Of a stretch of DNA of 64,000 nt, positions 41,473 through 64,000 are shown in pieces; positions within the stretch are counted from its first letter, which is position 1; every line of letters begins with the position of its first letter. This DNA comes from the human T2T-CHM13v2.0 reference genome, Homo sapiens. Under the pieces are notes generated by a model that saw only the letters and a program-made list of their open reading frames with translations, was not told the origin of the DNA and did not search any database. A program made the position numbers and the translations under genes. The DNA lies in the NCBI RefSeq assembly GCF_009914755.1, contig NC_060939.1, one strand, 5' to 3'.

Positions 41473-41908
41473 CTACAATCATGCTTTGACTCAAACAATC
41501 GTTTAGTTTCTTTAATTTAGTTGCCAACATTTAAGGAGTCAGAAGTCTTCATTGAAAAAAAAAATCCATATTGCTAGCTTCTTGTGAGAACTCTGGGGAC
41601 CTAGCAATCCAGGCACAGAGTTCAGGGTCCTCTTTAGCTGGGCAGGCATTAACCCATTCACAGTCCTCCCCCACCCCACCCAGCATTAGGTGCTTGCCTG
41701 GGACTTCTAGGCATTCGCCTCTGGAACCCCCAGCATCTTTTTTTTTTTTTCTGAGACAGAGTTTCGCTTTTGTTGCTCAGGCTGGAGTGCAATGGCACAA
41801 TCTAGGTTCACTGCAACCTCGGCCTATCGGGTTCTAGCAATTCTCCTGCCTCAGCCTCAGCCTCCAGAGTAGCTGGAATTACAGGCATGTGCCACTACGC
41901 CCAGATAA

Positions 41909-42184
<276 letters not shown>

Positions 42185-43324
42185 TAAAATAAACAGCCCT
42201 GAATGAGGAGTGGTTTGCCCTATTGCACAAGACCACTCCCTTCCCCACCCAACCACAGCAGGACTAAAGCCTGGGAAGGTACCTTTAAGCTCCCCCGGGG
42301 AGAGATTCTTGTTAATAGCTCCACCTGGAAGTCCTAAACCCGGAAGCCCGGGGGTTTCCTAAGCCTTCCCACAGGCTCTCTGAGGGCTTGCCTCTCCTTC
42401 CCCACCTGCAGTGGCTCCCAGAGTTTGTATCAGAGGAGCCCAGAACCAGGGAGACTAAGAAAACAGACTGGGGAAGAAATAAAGACACCGCTTGTAGTGG
42501 AGTTTTTTGTTGTGGTGGTTTTTTCAAGGCTACATGTTTAGGAAAAAAAAAAAAAAAACTAAAAAAGGGTGTTAACCCAAATGACCATAGTGTTGTCTCT
42601 CACTGATACAATTACAGATTGATACAAAAACAGTTTTTGTGTTTTTTGTCAACTTGCATTTTCTAAATTTTTTTTTTTTTTTTTTGGAGACAAGTCTTGC
42701 TCTGTCGCCCAGGCTGGAGTGCAGTGGCGTGATGTCGGCTCACTGCAACCTCCGCCTCCTGGGTTCAAGCATTTCTCTGCCTCAGCCTCCCAAGTAGCTG
42801 GGATTACAGGCGCTCACCACCATGCCCGGCTAATTTTTGTATTTTTAGTAGAGACGGGGTTTTGCCATGTTGGCCAGGCTGGTCTCCAACTCCTGACCTC
42901 GGGTGATCCAACTACCTCGGCCTCCCAAAGTGCTGGGATTACAGACTTGAGCAACTGCCCCTGGCCTCAGATATATTTAAGAAAGAAAGAAAGAAATCAC
43001 CAAAACATGAAGCTCTGAGATGTGGGAGAGACAACAGGGAGGGAGAAGAAGACAGAGCTTCTGGAGACCGGGGGAAGGGAGCCACTCCAGACTGTGGTGG
43101 CAATGCCACCAACAGAAACAGGGATGAGCAGAGGAGGGGCAGTTTCAGGGGAACCAGGCAGAAGGTGAGGGGCCACCCAGCACCAGATGGAGACTGGTTT
43201 TATTGATTTTGTCATCGGTTATTTAGCCTTTGTTTGCTTATGTCTTGCCTTATGGGGGAAGAACTAAAGACAGCTTAAAGGAGTCTATAAATTACGAAAT
43301 AACATGGGTATAAAGTAGAAATAA

Positions 43325-43570
<246 letters not shown>

Positions 43571-44847
43571 TGATCCGCCAGCCTCGGCCCTCCAAAGTGC
43601 TGGGATTACAGGCGTGAGCCACCGCACACAGTCCACATGATCCCCTTTGCAACTAGTTTATGACCTTGGGTTAACCAGGCTGACCATGGAGTTAATCTGT
43701 GGTTTAACCATGGGCCCCTTTTTTTCTTTACTTAGTCTATGAAGAATGAAGGAGCTGGACTAGATAACAAGATCCTTTCTGTCTCCAAACGATGGCCTCC
43801 AATTACAGCCTCTAGGAGTGCCCCCTGAGTATAGGGCTGATGGAGGCTGTCAGAGCTGAGGGGTTGAGGCCCAGAGAGGGGCAGTGACTGGCCCAAGGTC
43901 ACACAGCCAGTGGCTGGGGACATAGCCAGGCCAGGAGGTCAACGTTCCAGAGCCTCAAACCCTGTGGCTAGGCAAATCTCATCTGCTCCAGACACCAGGC
44001 TCTTAGGTTCGGTTTCTGTCTTTTTTCTGGAAGTGGGACAAAGGAGCCACAAGCCAAGAAGCTGTCAGGGCTGGTCCCGAGCCCCAGGAGGCTGGGAACC
44101 AAAGGTCCACACCCATGTAAACACGGGCCAGCACTGATACCTCTTACTTGGCCCTTGAGAGCTCCCTCCACATTAGTTCCTGGCTATTATCTTGCTTATC
44201 CCTGCAGGTCTGCTGGGAGCCAGGGAGGGGCAGAGAGTATCAGCCCCACTTCACAACCAGGAGAAACTCTAAAGAGGATGAAGGTGGTAATTTGCCAAAG
44301 CCACCCAGCGAGTCGGGATGCGGCTGGAACAGGAGGCTGAGTCTCCAAGGCCCTGTGGGTGAGAGGGTGGTCACCAGAGCTCATGGCCTGCTTGCCGGGG
44401 GAGGCGAGGGGAGCGGAGGTAAAGAAATGTACACAGTCCCAGGAATCGAGGGTCCACTGTTGCATAAGGAGAGGGATCTCACCACCCCTGGAGAGAGACC
44501 TATAGGGACAGGCTCTGCTTGCTGGTGTGGGGCTCTGAGGGAAGACAGGCAGAAGCAGTGGAACACAGCCACAGAGAATACAGGTCTGAGGGAGGGAGTG
44601 ATCATGTGGCAGGTGTCCCAGGTGTCCCTGGGTGGGGTCTGTGCTGCTTTTCTGCCAGCTCCAAGTTACCCCAAGGAACCCTTATGCCCACCCGGGACCC
44701 AAAGACGCCCCTGCTGCCCCTCACTGCTAAGAAGTCAGGAAGTTGTCAGGATACCAGGTGAGGAGAGGGACACTGGCACAGGTGAGGGTCAAGGAGACCA
44801 TGGAGCTGGTGACAATGACTGAGTCTCACTTCCAGAGGGGTTACAGG

Positions 44848-44934
44848 TAGGGTGACCATAACCCACGTTATTAATAGAGCTCCTGTTCAGTCACAAAATC
44901 ATTGAGTATGACAGTGAATTCCATGGTCATCCCA
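44848..44934. mobile_element. 87-bp hAT-Blackjack-like MITE
   Basis: TIRs TAGGGTGACCAT / ATGGTCATCCCA; 8-bp flanks GTTACAGG / GTTATGGG. Confidence 0.7.
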
Positions 44935-45268
44935 GTTATGGGACCAACACTTTAAGCCTCTGCTCATGGAGCAAGTCTTGAGAACATTCCAGTAAGAGGG
45001 CAGGCCTGTTCAGTGCTGACACCTGTCCTGCCTCCTGCTCCCTCACTCCCCAGCCTAGGACAACCTAGTGAATCCCAGAAATCATGCCTCCCACTGTTGC
45101 CCTCTAAGGGAACCATTTCTGGGGAGCAGAACCCCCATATGGAACGCCGGGAAGAGGCATAGACCCAGTGTCCGGAAACCTGGGACCAAGGCCCAGCTCT
45201 GCCTTAACCTTGGTCATCATGCTTGGTCTATCCCCTCATCTGAAAACTGGTGCTAATAAAAGCCATGT

Positions 45269-49343
<4,075 letters not shown>

Positions 49344-50856
49344 CTAAGGGTTACACAGACATTAAAAGCAATTTATATTGATAAGGACATATGTAAGAAT
49401 GTATATGTAAGAAACATATAATTTTATCCAATTCATATAATAAATATTCCTTTAAATATAATTTAAAAGAGCAGAGAAAAGGGAAAAGAGGCCAAGGAAA
49501 CAGACAGAGAGATAAAAACAAAAAAACTACCCCAGAAAAGTAGGTACCATATTCTAGAGAAAGAGACAGAACCAAAGAGAACCAGTGGATTCGGAAGCAG
49601 AAGCGAATCCCTCTTGTCCTGCACAGGCTTGGGGCCAGAGCCTTAGAGGTCCTTTCCAGCAAGCTGTTGACATTAGGCCTCAGTCTTCAAGCTCCAAATC
49701 TGGAGCTAAACTTAATCCTCCCAGCCTCTCCAGGGCTCACTGGCTGGCTTTTTATTCCTAAGCATTTCAGGGTCAGCAGCAAACATTGCCTGAGCCCCAG
49801 ACCTTGTGGGAGCAAAAGGAACTTAAACGTGGCTCTCTCTCTCTCTTCATTTAGCTGGGAAGATGCAGGCTGAGTCAGTCGCAGAACGCCCAGTGTCCTC
49901 AGTGTGCCAAGGGAGCAGTGAAGACACTGATACAGGTAAGCATCTGTTCTGGAGGAGGGAGGTATTGAAAGCTGGTTATCATGAGGAGAAATGGGGCATC
50001 TGGGAGGTGACAGGGAGCTCTTTCCAAACTAGGGGATCTGGCACAAGCCAAGACTGGGAGTCAGGAAGTCGGAAATAGCTGGGGATCACCAGAGCGAGCT
50101 GGCCTGGTCCAGGGTGCTGTCAGATTTGAGAGGGCCTTGAATGCTGAAATGAGGAGCTGGAAGTTCATCATCAACAGTGAGAGCCAGTAACAGTCTTGAG
50201 CCTTGAGTTGGGGGATGCCAGAGTGAACACAGCAGCACGGGACAGATTGGAGTGGGGAGCTGCAGTGGCAGGGACCTTGGGGTGTGGGTGACAGAGGTCC
50301 TGACCAGACTTGGAGACCCAGCAAGAGAGGAGGCATGGTGACCGAGGTTTCAATTTGGGTGACATGGATATACTAGTACCACAAGAGAGAATTAGGGAAG
50401 AAGTTGGAGGTGGGGGCGGGTACAAGGATAACCCCCTTGTGGGGGATGATCCCCACCCCAAGGCACGTCCAAGGCCCCTCAGAACAAGTTTAAGAACCTC
50501 AAACCCAGTCTGAGTCCTGAGTCCTTCATTTTTCAAATGAAGACTGAGGCATAGAGAAGGGAAATTATTTGCCTAAGGTCATGGTTGGTGTCAGAGTCTG
50601 AACTTGAACCCAGGTTTCTGCCCCAGAGGGGAGTGTGTCAGGCTGGGTTGAGGTAACAACAGGCCATGCTGCTGGGGTGTGAGACCCTCAGCACCTCCAC
50701 CTGAAGGGTAAAGGGAACAGAAGGAGCTCCAGTTGGCTGGAGCTCTGGGGACAGGCCCTGGTGGGGCAGGAAGTGGACAGTCTTGGCTAAAACTAAACTT
50801 GGGGATTATCTGAAGTTTCACTTGGCTGGGATTTCTGTCCCTCAGCCATGCTCTTT

Positions 50857-50928
50857 CACACACACAGACACAGAGACAGACAGACAGACAGACATACACA
50901 CACACACACACACAGACACACACACACA
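50857..50928. repeat. (CA)n/(CAGA)n compound microsatellite
   Basis: Directly visible. Confidence 0.9.
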
Positions 50929-51067
50929 GCTGTAGCTTCCTGCAGAGGGAGATGGGCTCAGAGGTGGGCTGGGCCAGGGCATGAGTGCTCATCTGACCCA
51001 GCAGCTGCCTAGCAGGTGTGCCAGGTGTGCCTCAGAAATTCCTCTCCCAGCTGAGCCCAGTGGCTCA

Positions 51068-51388
<321 letters not shown>

Positions 51389-52249
51389 CTAGAGTTTGCA
51401 AAGTGCTCTTACAGTCACTGGGTGATACATATCATTTAAGCTATTACCTTTTCTGTCTGGTCCTCAGTCTCCTTATGGTAAAGTAAGTTTTGTTTTGTTT
51501 CATTTTCTCCCTGGGTGTCCTTCAAAGTCCCTTCAAGCTCCAACATGAGGGAATGTTCTCCAGATCCCTGCTCCTCTCCAAGTCCTCTCCCAATGAACTC
51601 GCTCTTGCACAGGATACTTGGGGATAAACCTCTATTTAAATTGTTCACAAGCAGCACCCTGACCTTCACTAGCTCCTTAGGTGCCAAGGCTGAAGACTGG
51701 GTCCAACCCAAGTCTAAGAACTTTGGCCAGTGATTGAGGTTTAGGCTGTATGGGTTCCCTTTATGTTCAGGCTGTGAATAGAGGTCGGAGGGGGGGATGG
51801 TCCCCTAACCTGAGCCCCAGGGCCCTGTGAACTGCCAGAAGGAACAGAGCAGAAAAGTTAGAAGGCTGGGGACTGACCTTGAGCTCCAGTGCTGAGCATG
51901 GTGCTCTAGAAAGGAGGGGTGGAGGGGAGGGGCTCCACCCACCAGGTGAGGTCATGGGAAACCAGCTCTGGCGCTGACACCTGGGGAAACCCGTTTCCAG
52001 GCCGCTTCCCACGCTAGCTCTCCTGGGAACCAGCTGAGCCCCAAGCGGGGAGCTCCACACCTACCCCCACAGTCCAGTTCCCATTACACTGCCCCCACCC
52101 CCAGTCCAGCCCCCACCTTTCAATCTAGCCTCAGTCCTTTGGTCCCCAATCTGTCTCTAGCCAGGTAGTTAGGCCTTGAGGAGGGTTCTGAGGGAGGAGT
52201 GGGCTCCAGGAAATGACAGAGACAACGCACGCCTTCACAGACTTAAGGT

Positions 52250-52255
52250 TTTATT
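52250..52255 (-). terminator. RHOV: RHOV polyadenylation signal AATAAA
   Basis: TTTATT on the + strand, about 820 nt past the stop, with TG/T-rich sequence downstream on the - strand. Confidence 0.8.
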
Positions 52256-53077
52256 TGCAGACTCTGCACTGCTCTAGCTTCTAGGCTGTGTGACCTTGAG
52301 GAAAGGGATGATCCCCAACCCGGTCCTCCTTCAGGTTCTAATTTGCAGCTCCTCCCCCTCCTTTTGCTGGGCCTTGACTCTCACTTCCTGCCCCACTCCT
52401 GGCTCAGCCAGTTTGGGCAGTGCCTAGGGAGCCCAGAGACCCAGTTCTTCCCAGGGGCCAGCCCCGCCCTCCCTGGCCTTGGGGATTGAGGGCAGCCCAG
52501 GTGTCAGCCTGCTCCTCATCCACCCCACTTCCCTCTCTCCTCCTCCTCGTCATCTTCTTTCCAGGCCTTATCCACCATCAGTCCCAGGCTCCAAGACCTC
52601 TTTTCCTGCTCGCTCTCTCAATCTCTCGCCCACTCCATCCCAAACTTCTCTCCAAATCGGGGTTGAGCCCCTTCCAGCCCTCCATAATGCCAAGCGTTCC
52701 CCAAGCTCTTTCTCACCCCTGTGCCAAGGAAGGGTCCTAATTCAGCCAGGCTGACCTGAGGGCCCAGGACAAGAAACTGGGTTCCCAAACTGCTCGGAGG
52801 TGACTGACCCTGTTAGGACCATCCCATGAAAATCAAAGTGCCAGGTTTTTTTCTGTGAGCTTTGACTGGAGAAATCCAAATCAGAGCCTTCCCTCCTAGG
52901 CTCACCCAGGCATATCAGAGTGGGCAGTTAGAGGCCCATGTCCCCCGAGTGTTCAGAAGGGAACTGAGTCCTATGAGGTGGCCAGGCCCTGCCAGTAGCT
53001 GCCGCAAAGGCCCGGGTGCCCCAGGTCTCAGAAGTCTTTGGCCTCCTGCCTACTACTTGCTATGCAGCCATAGCTGC

Positions 53078-53521
53078 TCAAACGAAGCAGAAGAACTTCT
53101 TCCAGCGGCAGCGGGAGAGGGTGCGCACACCTTTGGCATTCAGTTTCTTCTCCAGCCGGGCTTTGTGCTCAATGGCACTGAGAATAGCCGAGTCAAATAC
53201 TTCCTTCAAGTTCTTCTGCGTCAAGGCTGAGCACTCAAGGTAGCAGCAGGCTCGGATCTTCTCGGCCAGACCCTGAGCCTGGGGTTGGGGCACGGGGCCC
53301 TCCCGGCCCCCCTGGTCCAGCTGAATTAGTACGTTGACATCGTCCCTCAGGTCGGCCTGGGTGCCCACCAGCAGCACAGGCGCCTGGGGGTTGTGCGTGC
53401 GGATCTCGGGCAGCCATTTCTCTGTGATGTTTTGAAAGGAGCTGGGCTGCACCACGCTGAAGCACGCCAGGAAGACATCGGTATCCGGGTAGCAAAGGGA
53501 ACGAAGTCGGTCAAAATCCTC
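53078..53521 (-). CDS. RHOV: RHOV exon 3 coding part, ending ...RWKKFFCFV*
   Basis: [17 protein letters not shown]...VGTQADLR...ECSALTQ. Total 711 nt = 236 aa, with the non-CAAX CFV terminus typical of RhoU/RhoV. Confidence 0.97.
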   Translation of the reverse strand, partial: EDFDRLRSLCYPDTDVFLACFSVVQPSSFQNITEKWLPEIRTHNPQAPVLLVGTQADLRDDVNVLIQLDQGGREGPVPQPQAQGLAEKIRACCYLECSALTQKNLKEVFDSAILSAIEHKARLEKKLNAKGVRTLSRCRWKKFFCFV

Positions 53522-53703
53522 CTGGGGTGGGAAGGCCAGGTGGTAAGGATTAGCCCCCCGCCACATGGAATCCATTTCTCACCCGGGGCTGGAAACCTGA
53601 GACTCCAAGAGCCCAAGGCTTTCTCCATTTGCTCCATATGGGGTCCTCCCAGCCTCCAGCCCATCTCCCCGCAGACCAGTAGAGGCCGCGCCCAGCTTCT
53701 CAC

Positions 53704-53762
53704 CTGTCCCGCTGTGTCCCAGAGCTCAATGCGCACCGGAGCTCCATCCACCAGGACTTGCA
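53704..53762 (-). CDS. RHOV: RHOV exon 2 (G3 box WDTAGQ)
   Basis: CCTGCAG|, [23 protein letters not shown]|GTGAGA; 59 nt. Confidence 0.96.
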
Positions 53763-53951
53763 CTGCAGGGGCGGGGCGGGGAGAGCCTGAGTTAGGAAGA
53801 GCGTCCTGGGCCGCACCAGCGCCACCTCGGGGCCTGCTCCAGTCTCCTCCCCGGGGTCCTCTGCGCCCTCCCGCCGAGACGCCCGCCCCAGCTCCCCGGT
53901 GCACAGCCCCGCCGCAGCCACGCGGCCGCACGGGCGATTGAACGTACGTAC

Positions 53952-54159
53952 CAGAGAAGGTGTCCAGCGCAGTGGGCCGGTAGCGCGCGGGGTACCCATT
54001 GCAGGTGTAGCTGACGATGAGGCTGCTCTTGCCCACGGCGCCGTCGCCCACCAGCACGCACTTGATGCCCAGCTCTGGGGGCGCGCTACGCCGCCGCGGG
54101 GGAGGGGTCGGGGCCCGGAGCGGGGGCGGCTCGGCCTCGCTCAGCTCCCGCGGCGGCAT
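53952..54159 (-). CDS. RHOV: RHOV (Chp, atypical Rho GTPase) exon 1: Pro-rich N-terminal extension, P-loop, switch I
   Basis: [24 protein letters not shown]...[14 protein letters not shown]...[10 protein letters not shown]; donor CTG|GTACGT; 208 nt. Confidence 0.97.
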
Positions 54160-54854
54160 GGCCCGCTCCGGGGGCAGCAGAGGGGCCAGCCCGGGTCTCG
54201 GCTTCGCTGCGCTCGGTGAAGCAGGTCCCGCTGGCTGCCTCTGACTGAATGGGTCCAGGCTGGGCGAGTCGGCCCAGCGCTACCAGCGGGTTTGTGTAGG
54301 GCCCCGCCCATCTCATCTACATGTTTCAGGCGGCCCCGGACCCCACCCACCGGCGAAGATCTCCCGCGGCCAGGCACCCTGCGAGGCCAGGCGAGGAGGA
54401 GGAAAACCCCGGGAGGAGGAAAGGCAGGCAGAAAGCTGGAGCTCCAAGAGTCACGCAGGTACAAGGACAAAGAATCGTCAAATGAGAATACCAAGAAGAG
54501 ATAGACATCCATGATTTATTGTTAGGAGGAAGAAGCAAGTTGCAGAACATATAATACAGTATGTTCAGGTTAAACAAGTGTGCAAATTAAACCTTGTTCA
54601 ACTTACAAGAAACAACTCTATGCATATGTTTGCATGAGTATTAAAAAGTTGGGATAATTTTATTAATGAAAGAATTACTTTTTTAAATATTGAGGCTGAG
54701 AGCAGTGGCTCATGCCTGTAATTCCAGCGTTCTGGGAGGCTAAGCCAGGAGGATCACTTGACCCCAGGAGTTCAAGGTTACAGTGAGCTATAATAGTGCC
54801 ATTGCACTTCAGCATGTGTGACAGATCCTAAAAACAAACAAACAAACAAAAAAC

Positions 54855-56527
<1,673 letters not shown>

Positions 56528-57115
56528 ATACAGATCATGAGAGAGGCAGAGAAACACAAGTGTGAATACAGCAGGCAGGAATGTACTGTACTCCTTTTCA
56601 GAGGAGAGCTTTCTCTAGACTCAGCCTGAAGGCAAGCTGTGAACACTTTCACTCCCCTCAGCTAAAGGAACTCAGGGTGCTGAGAAGCTAGCTGGGGAGG
56701 ATCTTCAAGGACAATTTCCATTTGAATATTTTATAAATCTCCAAATACCTAATATTATCTCATCATCATCAAAAGCACATAATAATTACCTATCTGCAGA
56801 TGCTGTTCTGGGCCACCCACTGCCCTTGCCCTAGAAGGAGTTTGCAGACTGAGACAATATCTCCCAGGTAGCCCTGGGAAGGTCACCTGGAGAGCAAGTG
56901 AAGAGTAGCCTGATGCTAATTTTGTCTCTTTATTGCAACCACACCAAGTGACACCAGGCCCAGAATCCTTTCTCTGATCTCTGACCCTTTCATCTCAGCC
57001 TATGCAAAGATCACAGAAAACACCGTCACCTTCAGGGAGTCAGCCATTCACGAGTTTTGGGAAAGGAGAATGTTGGGAGGGGGAGGGGCAGTGAATATTA
57101 AAAGAGATAATTCTA

Positions 57116-57466
<351 letters not shown>

Positions 57467-57500
57467 TTACATCTCTTAGAAAAAGTGACAGGTTCCCTGA

Positions 57501-57662
<162 letters not shown>

Positions 57663-58119
57663 TGACACCATGCCTGGCTAATTTTTATATTTTTGGTAGA
57701 GACAGGGTTTCACCATTTTGGCCTGGCTGGTCTTGAACTCCTGAGCTTAAGCAATCCACCTTCCTTGGCCTCCCAAAGTGCTGAGATTTCTTGTTTTCTC
57801 TTTTTGAGCCCAAAGGAGAGGACTACAGCTAGAAAGATGACTTAATCATTAAAATCTCGACTATGGGGATGGGGAAATCGTAGGAGCCCCTGTAACCACT
57901 TCTACATGCCAATGTCTTCATCCTACATGCCATACCTCTGAATGTCTGGGGATGCTAATAATCCCTAATTGTAGCCCCAAGTCTCAAAAACTTCTCAGAC
58001 ACATCCACATAAGTTTATTCATCTAGCAAGTGAAAGAGGCCTTACCTGTTGTCCTGCCTTTGTATTCCTCTAGAAAGCCCAAAAGCTGTTGTATTTGCTC
58101 TCCTGGAAAAGGAGTGGCA

Positions 58120-58431
<312 letters not shown>

Positions 58432-58657
58432 AGGAGTGGCATTTTAAAAGACCTGGACATCAGGAGACCTGTCCCAGTGTTCCCAGTTCTTCAGCTCACT
58501 AGCTGTGTGATGCCTACCAAATCACTTCATCTGTCTCAGTCCTATAAAATGACAGGTGAAGCATGTTTATCTCTGAAAGCCTTTCTGGTGCTAGCAATCT
58601 GTGATTCAGGGATCCCAGGGAAGCTGCCCCAGCCCAGGTGTCTGGGACAGAATTACT

Positions 58658-58659
58658 AC

Positions 58660-58705
<46 letters not shown>
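58658..58705. repeat. (CA)n microsatellite
   Basis: Directly visible. Confidence 0.95.
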
Positions 58706-58708
<3 letters not shown>

Positions 58709-59277
58709 CTTCTTTGCAGTGCTCTTGTTTTTTTACCTGGATTTTAATAATAGTTTAATTATAGCTGTAAATTTGAGGGTAATCCTGTTTCATCCTTTCT
58801 GCAGGCAGGAGGGGTGTAAATACACAAATTGGGGGAGATGTCTGCTTGGGCACAGGTAAAAGCCCTGATGTGGCCTGAGACAGGTCATTATTTTCTGGCC
58901 GCTTAGGTGGGGACACTTTCCAACCTAGGTCCCTCTGTCTGAGCTGGTTTAGGGACAGTTTTGTCAGCAAGAGGGGGAGGGAGGAAACAACTTAAGGTGC
59001 TGATGAGTCACCTGTTTCTCAGAGAAGGACTTGCTGGGGAAGTTTGCAATTCTGGCTGCTACTGCTGGGAAACTCCCCTCCTAAGGGTAGGCTGGGTCTT
59101 ATTCCTGCTGCCTGCCAGATCTTCTGCCCCAACTTCCAGCTAGACACACATTTGCTAGGATTAAAACTTGGCTCTGACATTCTCCATGGAGAAATAGCAG
59201 ATTATAACACTGGGGCAGGAAATATACAAGTCTATACCAATATAAATAAATAATTAAATACATAAATAAGTGAGACA

Positions 59278-64000
<4,723 letters not shown>

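Larger units (their letters stand above)
53680..54400. promoter_or_regulatory. RHOV: RHOV CpG island / promoter
   Basis: Dense CpG over exons 1-2 and upstream; GC box GCCCCGCCC at 54301-54309. Confidence 0.85.

Noticed and set aside
44148-44822. 224-aa ORF in the SPINT1-RHOV intergenic region
   Set aside because: Non-ATG start, no domain, and a composition typical of G-rich non-coding DNA.
53078-53100. Non-CAAX C-terminus (CFV) of the Rho GTPase
   Set aside because: Known property of RhoV/RhoU (palmitoylation-dependent targeting), so not novel.

Overview
This window is human genomic DNA, extremely Alu-dense, and I recognise it as the 15q15.1 PPP1R14D - SPINT1-AS1 - SPINT1 - RHOV locus. It contains the first coding exon and promoter of PPP1R14D (- strand, ATG 8670; remaining exons lie left of the window). 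It also contains the complete SPINT1/HAI-1 gene (+; non-coding exon 1 in a CpG island at ~24.1 kb and 10 coding exons at 24583-37000, summing to 513 aa, or 529 aa with the alternative exon-5 donor) and the complete 3-exon RHOV/Chp gene (-, 54159-53078, 236 aa), convergent with SPINT1. The rest is Alu, L1, L2, MIR, MaLR/ERV1 LTR, Tigger/hAT relics and simple repeats, and most listed ORFs are Alu-derived noise. I see no evidence of a new multi-gene system. The most interesting sequence-level observations are: (1) a 12-bp palindrome that encodes a splice donor on each strand at the SPINT1/SPINT1-AS1 overlap; (2) a 59-bp non-Alu inverted duplication 2.9 kb apart that covers a candidate antisense donor; (3) stop-free in-frame introns in RHOV and SPINT1; (4) a candidate Alu poison exon in SPINT1; (5) a strong-Kozak in-frame upstream ATG and an HNF4-type motif cluster at PPP1R14D; (6) a young AluYb8 upstream of RHOV. 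Repeat subfamily names and TF motifs were assigned by eye and need Dfam or ChIP confirmation.
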